From assembly GCA_002269645.1 (NCBI GenBank), contig NIVC01002384.1, forward strand, positions 1-64,000: DNA of 64,000 nucleotides, in the 5' to 3' direction. Positions 12,413-24,912 of the stretch are shown here, piece after piece. The DNA comes from Macrostomum lignano (Eukaryota). The position numbers and the translations under genes were made by a program. Each line of letters opens with the position of its first letter. Position 1 is the first letter of the stretch. The notes beneath the pieces were generated by a model. It saw nothing but the letters and a program-made list of their open reading frames with translations, was not told the origin of the DNA and ran no database searches.

Positions 12413-13668
12413 TATATAAAAAACAAAATGGCTATATTGTCATCTGCAATAGACCACTATTGGCAATGATCAATGGCAAATCTAAAAAGGCAAAAGGGCC
12501 ATGGCCTCCTTTTAGCTAAGATAAAAAATTGCTATATGGCATTTATTCCATATTTATGATTATATATTGTTTATAGAATATGTATAAAACTTTTTTGCTT
12601 TTTATGCTAAAAAAGATAGCTTATCTAATCTAAATATTAAAATATAAATATTGGTAGATATTAATCTACCTAGGTTTCTATGCTTTTTGGTATACCTTAT
12701 AACTTTTTGTGCTTAGCATTTTAGTTTCCTAAGTTTGCTTTTTGGTATCTAAGTTTATGATGTCTAAATTAAAAAGTAATATAAGAATAATATTATAAAT
12801 GTTTTTATAATACTTTTTCTTTACTTATCAAAAGTAATTTTTGCAATCTTAGAAACTCTCTTATTTGATTCTAGGCCTATGTTTAATATAAAATTATATT
12901 AGCCATATACAAATAAAGTTATACATAATATACATGCTAATAATGTGTAGTTAATATTGATAAGAATAAAATGAAGGTTTTTTGCATTAAAGTTCATTTT
13001 TTAAGAAATGAAAAATATCAAAACTAAAAAAGCATATCATATTCAGTTTAATGGAATAAATAATACCCACATAAAGCATTACTTAAGTACTTAAGTAATT
13101 AAGTACTTATAGTACTTAAGTAATTAATGAAGGTAATGAATGAAGTACTTATAGGACTTAAGTACTATAAAGCATTTATTCTTTCTAATTTTTAGCATTT
13201 AATTTCTAGCTTATAATTTAAGTACCTAAAAGCAAAGTACAATACCAAAAAGCATAGGTATAAAGTAGGTATAAAATAAGTTTTGTGATGCAAAAATATC
13301 AGCTTAATTTCCAAAATTGCACATTAAAATTTGACATTTTGTGCAAAATCGCTTAATTTCTAGATAAAAAGCTAGGGATAATTTATAATTTTAATTAGTT
13401 TATGATGTAATCTTGACTTAGTATATATACTTTTTACTTCTATGGCTTGTCTAAGACATTCTTTTGAAAAGAAGACTAAAATACTTAATAAAACAAAAAA
13501 CTCTATGTTATATTCAATTGTTACTTTGAAATTAAAGTTGTAAGTTTACTATACACAGCAATAGTTATTAAAATTTTCAGCTAGTGAAGTGGCATTGCTC
13601 TTCTATTCCAACTGGACCACCTTATTTGTTGTGCCACAAGGCATACACACAGCAATAGGCTAACAAAT

Positions 13669-16600
13669 ATGTCTCGCAAGGAGATAATGTTCAAAGGTTG
13701 GCTGGTTAAATCGCCACCATTTCAACCTTCCAAAGGATCTAAGCCTCCTAGTATATTTCGAAGGCCAGAAAGACTGCAGCCTGTAAGTTGACTTCTTTGT
13801 GTTTCGGGAGGAGGATTCTGCTTTACAAAGTTTGAATGGAATATTTTGAAATGCTTTTGTGAAAGTATGAGAAACTAAGCTTTACAATAGCATGATGTCT
13901 AACTAGAATTTTAAAGGGGGTTGATCTTGTATCACCAGAGTAGGTAGATAGCAGTGCACTGAATTACTAGAGTATCTACTAGAGTAGATAGATCTAGAGT
14001 AAGGTGCACGGATGGAGGGACCAGAGGGGTTAGCAGTGCACTGAGGGTTCAGTGTGGTTAGCAGTGCACTGTTATTTATTATTAGAGGCAGGGGGCTGTG
14101 TGCACCCTGGCGCACTTTAAGCGACATAGGCATACAACCGGCGAGAGGCATTACTTACTGCCCATTCCGCTGACTCCCCTGAGTAGGCACACAAGCGCGC
14201 GGATACATACGCAGGCACACACTCACACAGGAGTGTACAGCGGCCCTAAATTTATTTTATCGTTAGGCATGTACACTTCACTGCGCCTTGGGGGGTTGGC
14301 TCTCAAGGCCGTTAATTGCACGAGCAGAGCCAAGCCGAGATTCCAATTCAGCCCCAAATTAATGTGACTGCACTTGGAATCGAGCCTGGGTCGCTGGCAC
14401 ACCAGAGCAGCTGCGCTACCGCTGGGCTACGGCCCCCAATAGCAGTGCACTGAGGGATCAGAGGGGTTAGCAGTGCACTGATGGATCAGAGAGGTTAGCA
14501 GTGCACTGAGGGATCAGAGGGGTTAGCAGTGCACTGAGGGATCAGTAGGGTTTGTAGTGCACTTGATGGAAGCCAGAAAGAAGCCAAAAGTTCCCAAGTC
14601 TAAAGCCTGTTCAAATCCCATTGTATTCCCACTCAGCGCTGGCGCCGGCGCTACTTTGTACTGTCGAAGGTGTACACCAGCCCTATTCGCTATCGCTTGG
14701 CCTATTTCGAAGACGACTTACAGACCAAACTGAAAGGCGAAGTCAACCTGGATGACGCCAGCAACATCACTACGCATGTTATACCGCCTACCTATGTATT
14801 AAACAAGCTGCCGCCAAAATTATTGCGCGCTCCGGCCGAGCAGACTCCATTCTTTCTGCTTGAAACTATTCACAGGCGGCACCAGCGCACCTATTATTTT
14901 ATGCCGGAGAGTCAGACTCAGATGGAGCGCTGGGTTAACTGTTTAAGCGAGGCCTGCAATCTGGGCGAAGACGAATTCTCGCTGGATATGGCTCCTCCGG
15001 CTGATTTTAGTGACACGGCCAATTCATCTTTTCCACCAATGCAGGGCAATGGATTCTTGACTGTGCAGCAAAATCCTCAGAGACAGCTTCTCATGATGCA
15101 GCAGCAGCAGTTGCATGCCCCTGCTCGTTTCCCCGTTCAGGGCGGCTTTTTTGATAGCGGCAGTCTCAGGTGAGCATTCGGCTCCCCTGTGCATGCACAG
15201 GCTGGTTGCAACCAGCCCCTGATCCTTCAGCTCCCCTGTGCAACCCGCTCCCCTGATCCTTCAGCTCCCCTGTGCAACCCGCTCCCCTGATCCTTCAGCT
15301 CCCCTGTGCAACCCGCTCCCCTGATCCTTCAGCTCCCCTGTGCAACCCGCTCCCCTGATCCTTCAGCTCCCCTGTGCAACCCGCTCCCCTGATCCTTCAG
15401 CTCCCCTGTGCAACCCGCTCCCCTGATCCTTCAGCTCCCCTGTGCAACCCGCTCCCCTGATCCTTCAGCTCCCCTGTGCAACCCGCTCCCCTGATCCTTC
15501 AGCTCCCCTGTGCAACCCGCTCCCCTGATCCTTCAGCTCCCCTGTGCAACCCGCTCCCCTGATCCTTCAGCTCCCCTGTGCAACCCGCTCCCCTGATCCT
15601 TCAGCTCCCCTGTGCAACCCGCTCCCCTGATCCTTCAGCTCCCCTGTGCAACCCGCTCCCCTAATCCTTCAGCTCCTCTGTGCAACCCGCGCCCCTGATC
15701 CTTCAGCTCCCCTGTGCAACCCGCTCCCCTGATCCTTCAGCTTCTCTGTGCAACCCGCTCCCCTGATCCTTCAGCTCCCCTGTGCAACCCGCTCCCCTGA
15801 TCCTTCAGCTTCTCTGTGCAACCCGCTCCCCTGATCCTTCAGCTCCCCTGTGCAACCCGCTCCCCTGATCCTTCAGCTCCCCTGTGCAACCCGCTCCCCT
15901 GATCCTTCAGCTCCCCTGATCCTTCAGCTCCCCTGATCCTTCAGCTCCTCTGTGCAACCCGCTCCCCTGATCCTTTAGCTCCTCTGTGCAACCAGCCCCT
16001 GATCCTTCAGCTCCTCTGTGCAACCAGCCCCTGATCCTTCAGCTCCTCTGTGCAACCCGCGCCCCTGATCCTTCAGCTCCCCTGTGCAACCCGCTCCCCT
16101 GATCCTTCAGCTCCCCTGTGCAACCCGCTCCCCTGATCCTTCAGCTCCCCTGTGCAACCCGCTCCCCTGATCCTTCAGCTCCTCTGTGCAACCCGCTCCC
16201 CTGATCCTTCAGCTCCCCTGTGCAACCCGCTCCCCTGATCCTTCAGCTCCTCTGTGCAACCCGCTCCCCTGATCCTTCAGCTCCCCTGTGCAACCCGCTC
16301 CCCTGATCCTTCAGCTCCCCTGTGCAACCCGCGCCCCTGATCCTTCAGCTTCTCTGTGCAACCCGCTCCCCTGATCCTTCAGCTCCCCTGTGCAACCCGC
16401 TCCCCTGATCCTTCAGTTCCTCTGTGCAACCAGCCCCTGATCCTTCAGCTCCCCTGTGCAACCCGCGCCCCTGATCCTTCAGCTCCCCTGTGCAACCCGC
16501 GCCCCTGATCCTTCAGCTCCTCTGTGCAACCCGCGCCCCTGATCCTTCAGCTCCTCTGTGCAACCAGCCCCTGATCCTTCAGCTCCTCTGTGCAACCAGC

Positions 16601-19600
16601 CCCTGATCCTTCAGCTCCCCTGTGCAACCCGCTCCCCTGATCCTTCAGCTCCCCTGTGCAACCCGCTCCCCTGATCCTTCAGCTCCTCTGTGCAACCCGC
16701 TCCCCTGATCCTTCAGCTCCCCTGTGCAACCCGCTCCCCTGATCCTTCAGCTCCCCTGTGCAACCCGCTCCCCTGATCCTTCAGCTCCCCTGTGCAACCC
16801 GCTCCCCTGATCCTTCAGCTTCTCTGTGCAACCCGCGCCCCTGATCCTTCAGCTTCTCTGTGCAACCCGCTCCCCTGATCCTTCAGCTCCCCTGATCCTT
16901 CAGCTCCTCTGTGCAACCCGCGCCCCTGATCCTTCAGCTCCCCTGTGCAACCCGCGCCCCTGATCCTTCAGCTCCCCTGTGCAACCCGCGCCCCTGATCC
17001 TTCAGCTTCTCTGTGCAACCCGCGCCCCTGATCCTTCAGCTCCCCTGTGCAACCCGCTCCCCTGATCCTTCAGCTCCTCTGTGCAACCCGCGCCCCTAAT
17101 CCTTCAGCTCCCCTGTGCAACCCGCTCCCCTGATCCTTCAGCTCCTCTAAGCAATCAGCCCCTGATCATTCAGCTCCCCTGTGCAACCCGCTCCCCTGAT
17201 CCTTCAGCTCCTCTGTGCAACCAGCCCCTGATCCTTCAGCTCCCCTGTGCAACCCGCGCCCCTGATCCTTCAGCTCCTCTGTGCAACCCGCGCCCCTGAT
17301 CCTTCAGCTCCTCTGTGCAACCAGCCCCTGATCCTTCAGCTCCTCTGTGCAACCAGCCCCTGATCCTTCAGCTCCCCTGTGCAACCCGCTCCCCTGATCC
17401 TTCAGCTCCTCTGTGCAACCAGCCCCTGATCCTTCAGCTCCCCTGATCCTTCAGCTCCTCTGTGCAACCCGCGCCCCTGATCCTTCAGTTCCTCTGTGCA
17501 ACCAGCCCCTGATCCTTCAGCTCCCCTGTGCAACCCGCTCCCCTGATCCTTCAGCTCCCCTGATCCTTCAGCTCCTCTGTGCAACCCGCGCCCCTGATCC
17601 TTCAGTTCCTCTGTGCAACCAGCCCCTGATCCTTCAGCTCCCCTGTGCAACCCGCTCCCCTGATCCTTCAGCTCCCCTGTGCAACCCCCTCCCTGATCCT
17701 TCAGCTCCCTGTGCAACTGAATAATGACTAAGAAAGATGACTAAGATGACTCCGACTAGCCAGTTTTTTGCACTGAGCCGGACTATCCTGTGTCAATCTC
17801 AATGTTAAACCATCTGTACAAGCAGGCACTCGCCAGGTCGGCCTCAGTTGAACTCTCCCGGCTGGCAGCAGCCATCCAGCCCAGCCGCTCACCAAGACAA
17901 CGAGTACCGGGTCCCGCCACCAGGCAACAGAAGCAATTACACAGAGGACGAGTACCGGGTCCCGCCACCAGGCAATAGAAGCATTTACACAGAGGATGAG
18001 TACCGGGTCCCGCCACCAGTCAACAGAAGCAATTACACAGAGGACGAGTACCGGCTGCCACCGCCAGCTAGGAATCGGGACTCTGATGAAGACGATTACA
18101 GACTGCCTCCGCCTGTAGGAGGGAATCGCGAGTTATCCCAGGATGAAGATGACTACCGTCTGCCGCCAGCCTCCCAGCAGCAGCAGCAGCAGGAGAATGC
18201 CACTGCGGACCCAGACGCCAGTCAGTACATCAATCTGTCTAGCACTAGCACTAGGGTTAGCGTCGATCGTATTCAGTTCTTTAACAACAACAACAATAAT
18301 AATATTAATAACAATAGTAAGAGTGGCAATAACGATAGTTATCAAAGTAGTAGTAGCGGCGGAGCTGCTAGGGCGGTGCCGCAGCCTCAGCAGAGCCTGC
18401 AGCCGCCTCCGCCTGTGCCAACTCGAACCAGCGCTGGTGGCGACCCCAATAGCAGCGGCGGCGTCGACTATATGAACGTCAAGAAGCTGTCGCCCCTGTC
18501 GCGGGTCTACTCCCTCCGTCGGACTCAGTCGCCTTCGCCGAGTCGTGCGCCGCCGCCGCCGCCGGGCGAGGATGCAGTCGACGAGCCGGAGCCGCTGCTG
18601 CTGCCGCGTCGCCGAAGCGAACGAGATGCGTCTGGCAGCCGAGTTAAACCAGCGGGAGCTGACGCGGCCGCTCTGGCAGCCTCGGAGTCGTCTTCTCTAG
18701 TTGAATCCGACGATGACAGCAGCTCGGATGATAACAATGACGAAATTGATGGCGGCGCCGTTGGCGATAGCGAGGTCACCGGGGCCACTGTTGGCTTGCC
18801 GGTGAGTTATTCTCCATATGCTTAATCATATAGCCGGTGTTTTAATCAATAGGAAAAAACTGCACCAGTTTGACAAGTTTATGCCATAGACAACTGCACC
18901 AATTATCACCAGCTTAAAGCCATAGGAGTTTTCTATCCACTATGCCAAATTTCATTCTAAATTCATTTCTAAACCTAAAGCCATAGACAGCTAAAGTTCG
19001 GTCTAAACCTAAAGCCATAGACAGCTAAAGTTCGGTCTAAACCTAAAGCCATAGACAGCTAAAGTTCGGTCTAAACCTAAAGCCATAGACAGCTAAAGTT
19101 CGGTCTAAACCTAAAGCCATAGACAACTAAAGTTCGGTCTAAACCTAAAGCCATAGACAGCTAAAGTTCGGTCTAAACCTAAAGCCATAGACAGCTAAAG
19201 TTCGGTCTAAACCTAAAGCCATAGACAGCTAAAGTTCGGTCTAAACCTAAAGCCATAGACAGCTAAAGTTCGGTCTAAACCTAAAGCCATAGACAGCTAA
19301 AGTTCCGTCTAAACCTTAAGCCATAGACAATAACAGTTCATTCTAAACCTTAGACCATAGACAATAACAGTTCATTCTAAACCTTAAGCTATAGACAATA
19401 TCAGTTCATTCTAAACCTTAAGCCATAGACAATATCAGTTCATTCTAAACCTTAAGCCATAGACAATAACAGTTCATTCTAAACCTTAAGCCATAGACAA
19501 TAACAGTTCATTCTAAACCTAAAAGCATCTAAACGCATCGCGCGTACGTAGCTGATACCTATTGTTAGGGGATTCTGGTAATTTTCTTTTTGTAGAGACT

Positions 19601-22407
19601 TGATTTTTTATGTAAAATTCCAGTAATTATTACTGATATATTGCTGTAACTAACTGTACATTCTTATATTAACTCTTGCCTCGATTGTCCTTCCAATTCT
19701 AATTTTCAGCCAAGATCCTGATTTTAAATAGGATAGCTGAGTGAATCGTTTCTATTGCATTCAATAAATTTTTTACCAAAAATCAAAGCGTAAGCAGAAA
19801 GATAAAAAGAAGCCTAAAAAGTTTTTTAAGACACCAGCCTGAGCTGTTGCTGTTTTTACTCTGTGTAAGTACTCTGTTTGTTCGCTTTATCACTATCTAA
19901 ATTAGCAGGATTAAACATTAATTATTTGCTAATTCTTTTTTTTAAATCGCTTTCTAATTAATACAAGTAGTTTTTGCGTTAATTTAATTCAAACGAAGTA
20001 TTTATCAATACATTTAAGTTTTTTGATCGCTCAAATTTTGCAATCCTTAATCTCGCCCAATAAACCCAAGCTTTTACAGTCCTTAATCTCGCCCAATAAA
20101 CCCAAGCTTTCACAGTCCTTAATCTCGCCCAATAAACCCAAGCTTTCACAGTCCCTAATCTCCTCCAATAAACCCGAACTTTCACAGTCCCTAATCTCCT
20201 CCAATAAACCCGAACTTTCACAGTCCCTAATCTCCTCCAATAAACCCGAACTTTCACAGTCCCTAATCTCCTCCAATAAACCCAAGCTTTCACAATCCTT
20301 AATCTCCCAATAAACCCAAGCTTTCACAGTCCTTAATCTCGCCCAATAAACCCAACCCAAGCTTTCACAGTCCTTAATCTCGCCCAATAAACCCAACCCA
20401 AGCTTTCACAGTCCTTAATCTCGCCCAATAAACCCAACCCAAGCTTTCACAGTCCTTAATCTCGCCCAATAAAGCCAACCCAAGCTTTCACAGTCCTTAA
20501 TCTCGCCCAATAAACCCAACCCAAGCTTTCACAGTCCTTAATCTCGCCCAATAAACCCAACCCAAGCTTTCAAAGTCCTTAATCTCGCCCAATAAACCCA
20601 ACCCAAGCTTTCACAGTCCTTAATCTCGCCCAATAAAGCCAACCCAAGCTTTCACAGTCCTTAATCTCGCCCAATAAACCCAACCCAAGCTTTCACAGTC
20701 CTTAATCTCGCCCAATAAACCCAACCCAAGCTTTCACAGTCCTTAATCTCGCCCAATAAACCCAACCCAAGCTTTCACAGTCCTTAATCTCGCCCAATAA
20801 ACCCAACCCAAGCTTTCACAGTCCTTAATCTCGCCCAATAAAGCCAACCCAAGCTTTCACAGTCCTTAATCTCGCCCAATAAACCCAACCCAAGCTTTCA
20901 CAGTCCTTAATCTCGCCCAATAAACCCAACCCAAGCTTTCACAGTCCTTAATCTCGCCCAATAAACCCAACCCAAGCTTTCACAGTCCTTAATCTCGCCC
21001 AATAAACCCAACCCAAGCTTTCACAGTCCTTAATCTCGCCCAATAAACCCAAGCTTTTACAGTCCTTAATCTCCCCATTAAACCCAAGCTTTCGTAGTCC
21101 TTAATCTCCCAATAAACCCAAGCTTTCACAGTCCTTATTCCTTAATCTTCTCCAATAAACCCAAACTTTCACAGTCCTTAATCTCCCCATTAAACCCAAG
21201 CTTTCACAGTCCTTAATCTCGCCCAATAAACCCAAGCTTTCATAGTTTTAATCTCGCCCAATAAACCCGAACTTTCACAGTCCTTAATCCCCCAATAAAC
21301 CCGAACTTTCACAGTCCTTAATCCCCCAATAAACCCGAACTTTTACCGTCCCTAATCTCCTCCAATAAACCCGAACTTTTACCGTCCCTAATCTCCTCCA
21401 ATAAACCCGAACTTTTACCGTCCCTAATCTCCTCCAATAAACCCGAACTTTTACCGTCCCTAATCTCCTCCAATAAACCCGAACTTTCACAGTCCTTAAT
21501 CCCCCAATAAACCCGAACTTTCACAGTCCTTAATCCCCCAATAAACCCGAACTTTTACCGTCCCTAATCTCCTCCAATAAACCCGAACTTTTACCGTCCC
21601 TAATCTCCTCCAATAAACCCGAACTTTTACCGTCCCTAATCTCCTCCAATAAACCCGAACTTTTACCGTCCCTAATCTCCTCCAATAAACCCGAACTTTC
21701 ACAGTCCCTAATCTCCTCCAATAAACCCGAACTTTCATAGTCCCTAATCTCCTCCAATAAACCCGAACTTTCACAGTCCCTAATCTCCCCCAAAAAACCC
21801 GAACTTTCACAGTCCCTAATCTCCCCCAATAAACCCGAACTTTCACAGTCCCTAATCTCCCCCAAAAAACCCGAACTTTCACAGTCCCTAATCTCCCCCA
21901 ATAAACCCGAACTTTCACAGTCCCTAATCTCCCCAATAAACCCAAACTTTCACAGTCGTTAATTTCAAATGAACCCTAATGTTGAGTCTGAGGTCCCTCA
22001 TTATGCTAAGATTGCCAATTCCAATAATATTTTCATTAATTTGAAGTTTCACCTATTTTTAAATTATTTGTTTTGCTGTGTGTATCTCCTAAAAAATCTG
22101 ACTTCTACATTAATTCGCGTATTTTTCATCTCACTATTTGTTAGTTTTTAAATATAGACTATCACTGCCTGGTTTTAAACAATACTTCATCTATATACTC
22201 CTAATCTATTGCGCAACCAACTTACAGCAGGTAATCGACTATGCTCAAATAGACATTAGCGGTCTGCACGTTGCGGCTCTCGACAGCGGCAGGTCAGACA
22301 AAGTCGCCGATCTCACCAATAAAATGAACGGCCAAGTTCAGTACCTTGAAGTTGACGTGCGACGTACTGCCGCCTTAGCTGAGATGTCCGTTAAACCCAC
22401 TTTGTAA
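13669..22407 (+). CDS. Gab/dos: Gab/DOS/SOC-1 family docking protein (N-terminal PH domain, Tyr-rich tail), about 599 aa; join(13669..13782,14637..15169,17826..18801,22231..22407)
   Basis: Exon 1 MSRKEIMFKGWLVKSPP joined to exon 2 RWRRRYFVL...KLKGEVNLD...RTYYF..E....MERWV is the Gab/DOS PH signature. Exon 3 has YxxP, YxN and PPPVPTR motifs. The last exon IDYAQID...VQYLEVDVRRTAAL mirrors the Gab C-terminal twin SHP2 sites. All junctions are GT-AG and phase-consistent (1800 nt). An additional small exon between 18801 and 22231 cannot be excluded. Confidence 0.88.
13945..14565. repeat. 28-bp minisatellite (tgagggatcagaggggttagcagtgcac) interrupted by a SINE, in Gab intron 1
   Basis: Units present on both sides of 14072-14439. 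Confidence 0.8.
14072..14439 (-). mobile_element. tRNA-derived SINE, family A, young full-length copy with 13-bp TSD
   Basis: The minus strand begins ggggccgtagcccagcggtagcgc...ccaggctcgattcc (A box and B box) and ends in an aataataaataa tail. It is flanked by tagcagtgcactg at 14059-14071 and 14440-14452. Confidence 0.85.
15200..17718. repeat. 34-bp minisatellite (caacccgctcccctgatccttcagctcccctgtg), about 74 copies, filling Gab intron 2
   Basis: Direct reading. Confidence 0.97.
18968..19525. repeat. 34-bp minisatellite (acagctaaagttcggtctaaacctaaagccatag), about 16 copies
   Basis: Direct reading. Confidence 0.95.
20040..21955. repeat. 34-41-bp minisatellite family (cccaagctttcacagtccttaatctcgcccaataaa and variants) in sub-blocks
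   Basis: Direct reading; 12-aa periodic ORFs. Confidence 0.95.
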
Positions 22408-22453
22408 CACTGCTTGATTTGCTATTAGGCGTGTTGTGTACAGTAGCTTTTAT

Positions 22454-23400
22454 CAGGGGTCAGCAAACTCCGGCCCGCGAAGCCTCTGTGTCCCGCATTG
22501 GGGTTCTTTGAAACTTCGCCACAGCAATCTGCTCTGGATTTTGTCTCTCTCCTCTCTCCGCTCCTCTCCCCTCTTCTCTCCTCTCTCCCCTCTTCTCTCC
22601 TCTCTCCCCTCTTCTCTCCTCTCTACCCTCTTCTCTCCTCTCCTCTCTCCCCTCTTCTCTCCTCTCCTCTCTCCCCTCTTCTCTCCTCTCCTCTCTCCCC
22701 TCTTCTCTCCTCTCTACCCTCTCCTCTCCTCTCTCCCCTCTTCTCTTCTCTCCTCTCTCCCCTCTTCTCTCCTCTCCTCTCTCTCCTCTTCTCTCCTCTC
22801 CTCTCTCCCCTCTTCTCTCCTCTTCTCTCCTCTCCTCTCTCCCCTCTTCTCTCCTCTCCTCTCCCCTCTCCTCCCCTCTTCTCTCCTCTCTCCCCTCTTC
22901 TCTCCTCTCCTCTCCCCTCTTTTCTCTTTTCTCCTCTTTACTCTTCTCTCCTCTCCTCTCTCCTCTCCTCTCTCCCCTCTTCTCTCCTCTCCTCTCTCCT
23001 CTCTTCTCCTCTCTCCTCTCCTCTCTCCTCTCCTCTCTCCTCCTCTCCCCTCTCCTCCCCTCTTCTCTCCTCTCTCCCCTCTTCTCTCCTCTCCTCTCCC
23101 CTCTTTTCTCTTTTCTCCTCTTTACTCTTCTCTCCTCTCCTCTCTCCTCTCCTCTCTCCCCTCTTCTCTCCTCTCCTCTCTCCTCTCTTCTCCTCTCTCC
23201 TCTCCTCTCTCCTCTCCTCTCTCCTCCTCTCTCCTCTCCTCCCCTCTTCTCTCCTCTCTCCCCTCTTCTCTCCTCTCCTCTTCCCTCTTTTCTCTTTTCT
23301 CCTCTTTACTCTTCTCTCCTGTCTCGTCTGGCAAAAGCCGTGAGGCAGGCTGGCTCTTTATCTGCCCCGTCCCCGAGGTAAAACAGTTTGCCGTCCCCTA
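22454..23400. mobile_element. Non-autonomous hAT-like MITE, copy 2, with about 780 bp expanded (CT-rich, ctctc) interior
   Basis: TIRs caggggtcagcaaact ... agtttgccgtccccta. It shares gaaacttc.cca.agcaat and gaggtaaaa..gtttgccg segments with the copy at 7663-8102. No clear TSD. Confidence 0.7.
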
Positions 23401-23734
23401 GCCCGTAAGTGTTGATCTCTCTGTCTCTCTCAATCTCGAATTTGTTACGGCCAGGTCATTAAGCCTTGTTCGGCGTTGCCGCTTCCTGTGTTTGGAATGC
23501 TTGATGCTTTAATAATGATAAAAAGGCTGGTAAAGGTGCTTAGAGCGCTTTCAGTTTAGCTGGGGTTGGGCTATTCTTTCTGCGCAGCGTCCCCTCAGGT
23601 GTAGGCTTCTTATCAGATTTCATTCCGCTATGCGACTCCGCCGTGCAAGCATTTTTATCACACAAAAATTGCTTGTTGCTAAGGAACTGTTTGCTAATTG
23701 TTAACGTCCTGGCCATTGTGTCACTCCTGACGAA

Positions 23735-24912
23735 AGCCAGAGCTGCTCCTGACCAATTCAACCCAAAGCCACTCCTGACCAAACCCAAAGCCGATCCTGA
23801 CCAAACCCAAAGCCACTCCTGACCAAACCCAAAGCCACTCCTGAACAAACCCAAAGCTTCTCCTGACCAAACCCAAAGCTTCTCCTGACCAAACCCAAAG
23901 CTTCTCCTGACCAAACCCAAAGCTACTCCTGACCAAACCCAAAGCCACTCCTGACCAAACCTAAAGCCACTCACTCCTGACCAAACCTAAAGTCACTCCT
24001 GACCAAACCCAAAGCCACTCCTGACCAAACCTAAAGCCACTCCTGACCAAACCTAAAGTCACTCCTGACCAAACCCAAAGCCACTCCTGACCAAACCTAA
24101 AGCCACTCCTGACCAAACCTAAAGTCACTCCTGACCAAACCCAAAGCTACTCCTGACCAAACCCAAAGCCACTCCTGACCAAACCTAAAGTCACTCCTGA
24201 CCAAACTCAAAGCTACTCCTGACCAAACCCAAAGCCACTCCTGACCAAACCTAAAGCCACTCCTGACCAAACCTAAAGTCACTCCTGACCAAACCCAAAG
24301 CCACTCCTGACCAAACCCAAAGCCACTCCTGACCAAACCCAAAGCTACTCCTGACCAAACCCAAAGCTACTCCTGACCAAACCCAGCCACTATTGACCAA
24401 ACCCAAAGCTACTCCTGACCAAACCCAAAGCCACTCTTGACCAAACCCAAAGCCACTCTTGACCAAATCTAAAGTCACTCCTGACCAAACCCAAAGCCAC
24501 TCCTGACCAAACCCAAAGCCACTCCTGACCAAACCCAAAGCCACTCCTGACCAAACCCAAAGCTACTCCTGACCAAACCCAAAGCTTCTCCTGACCAAAC
24601 CCAAAGCCACTCTTGACCAAATCTAAAGTCACTCCTGACCAAACCCAAAGCCACTCCTGACCAAACCCAAAGCCACTCCTGACCAAACCCAAAGCCACTC
24701 CTGACCAAACCCAAAGCCACTCCTGACCAAACCTAAAGCCACTCCTGACCAAACCTAAAGTCACTCCTGACCAAACCCAAAGCTACTCCTGACCAAACCC
24801 AAAGCTACTCCCGACCAAACCCAAAGCTACTCCCGACCAAACCCAAAGCTACTCCTGACCAAACCCAAAGCCACTCCTGACCAAACCCAAAGCCACTTCT
24901 GACCAAACCCCA
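23735..24912. repeat. 22-bp minisatellite (gaccaaacccaaagccactcct), about 53 copies
   Basis: Direct reading. Confidence 0.95.

Noticed and set aside
15200-21955. Regularly spaced 34-41-bp repeats resembling CRISPR arrays
   Set aside because: Head-to-tail units with no unique spacers, located in introns of a eukaryotic gene, and no cas genes.
21969-22151. ORF with a YAKI tyrosine motif as a possible extra Gab exon
   Set aside because: No suitable upstream AG acceptor or in-phase donor was found, and the model already closes in frame without it.
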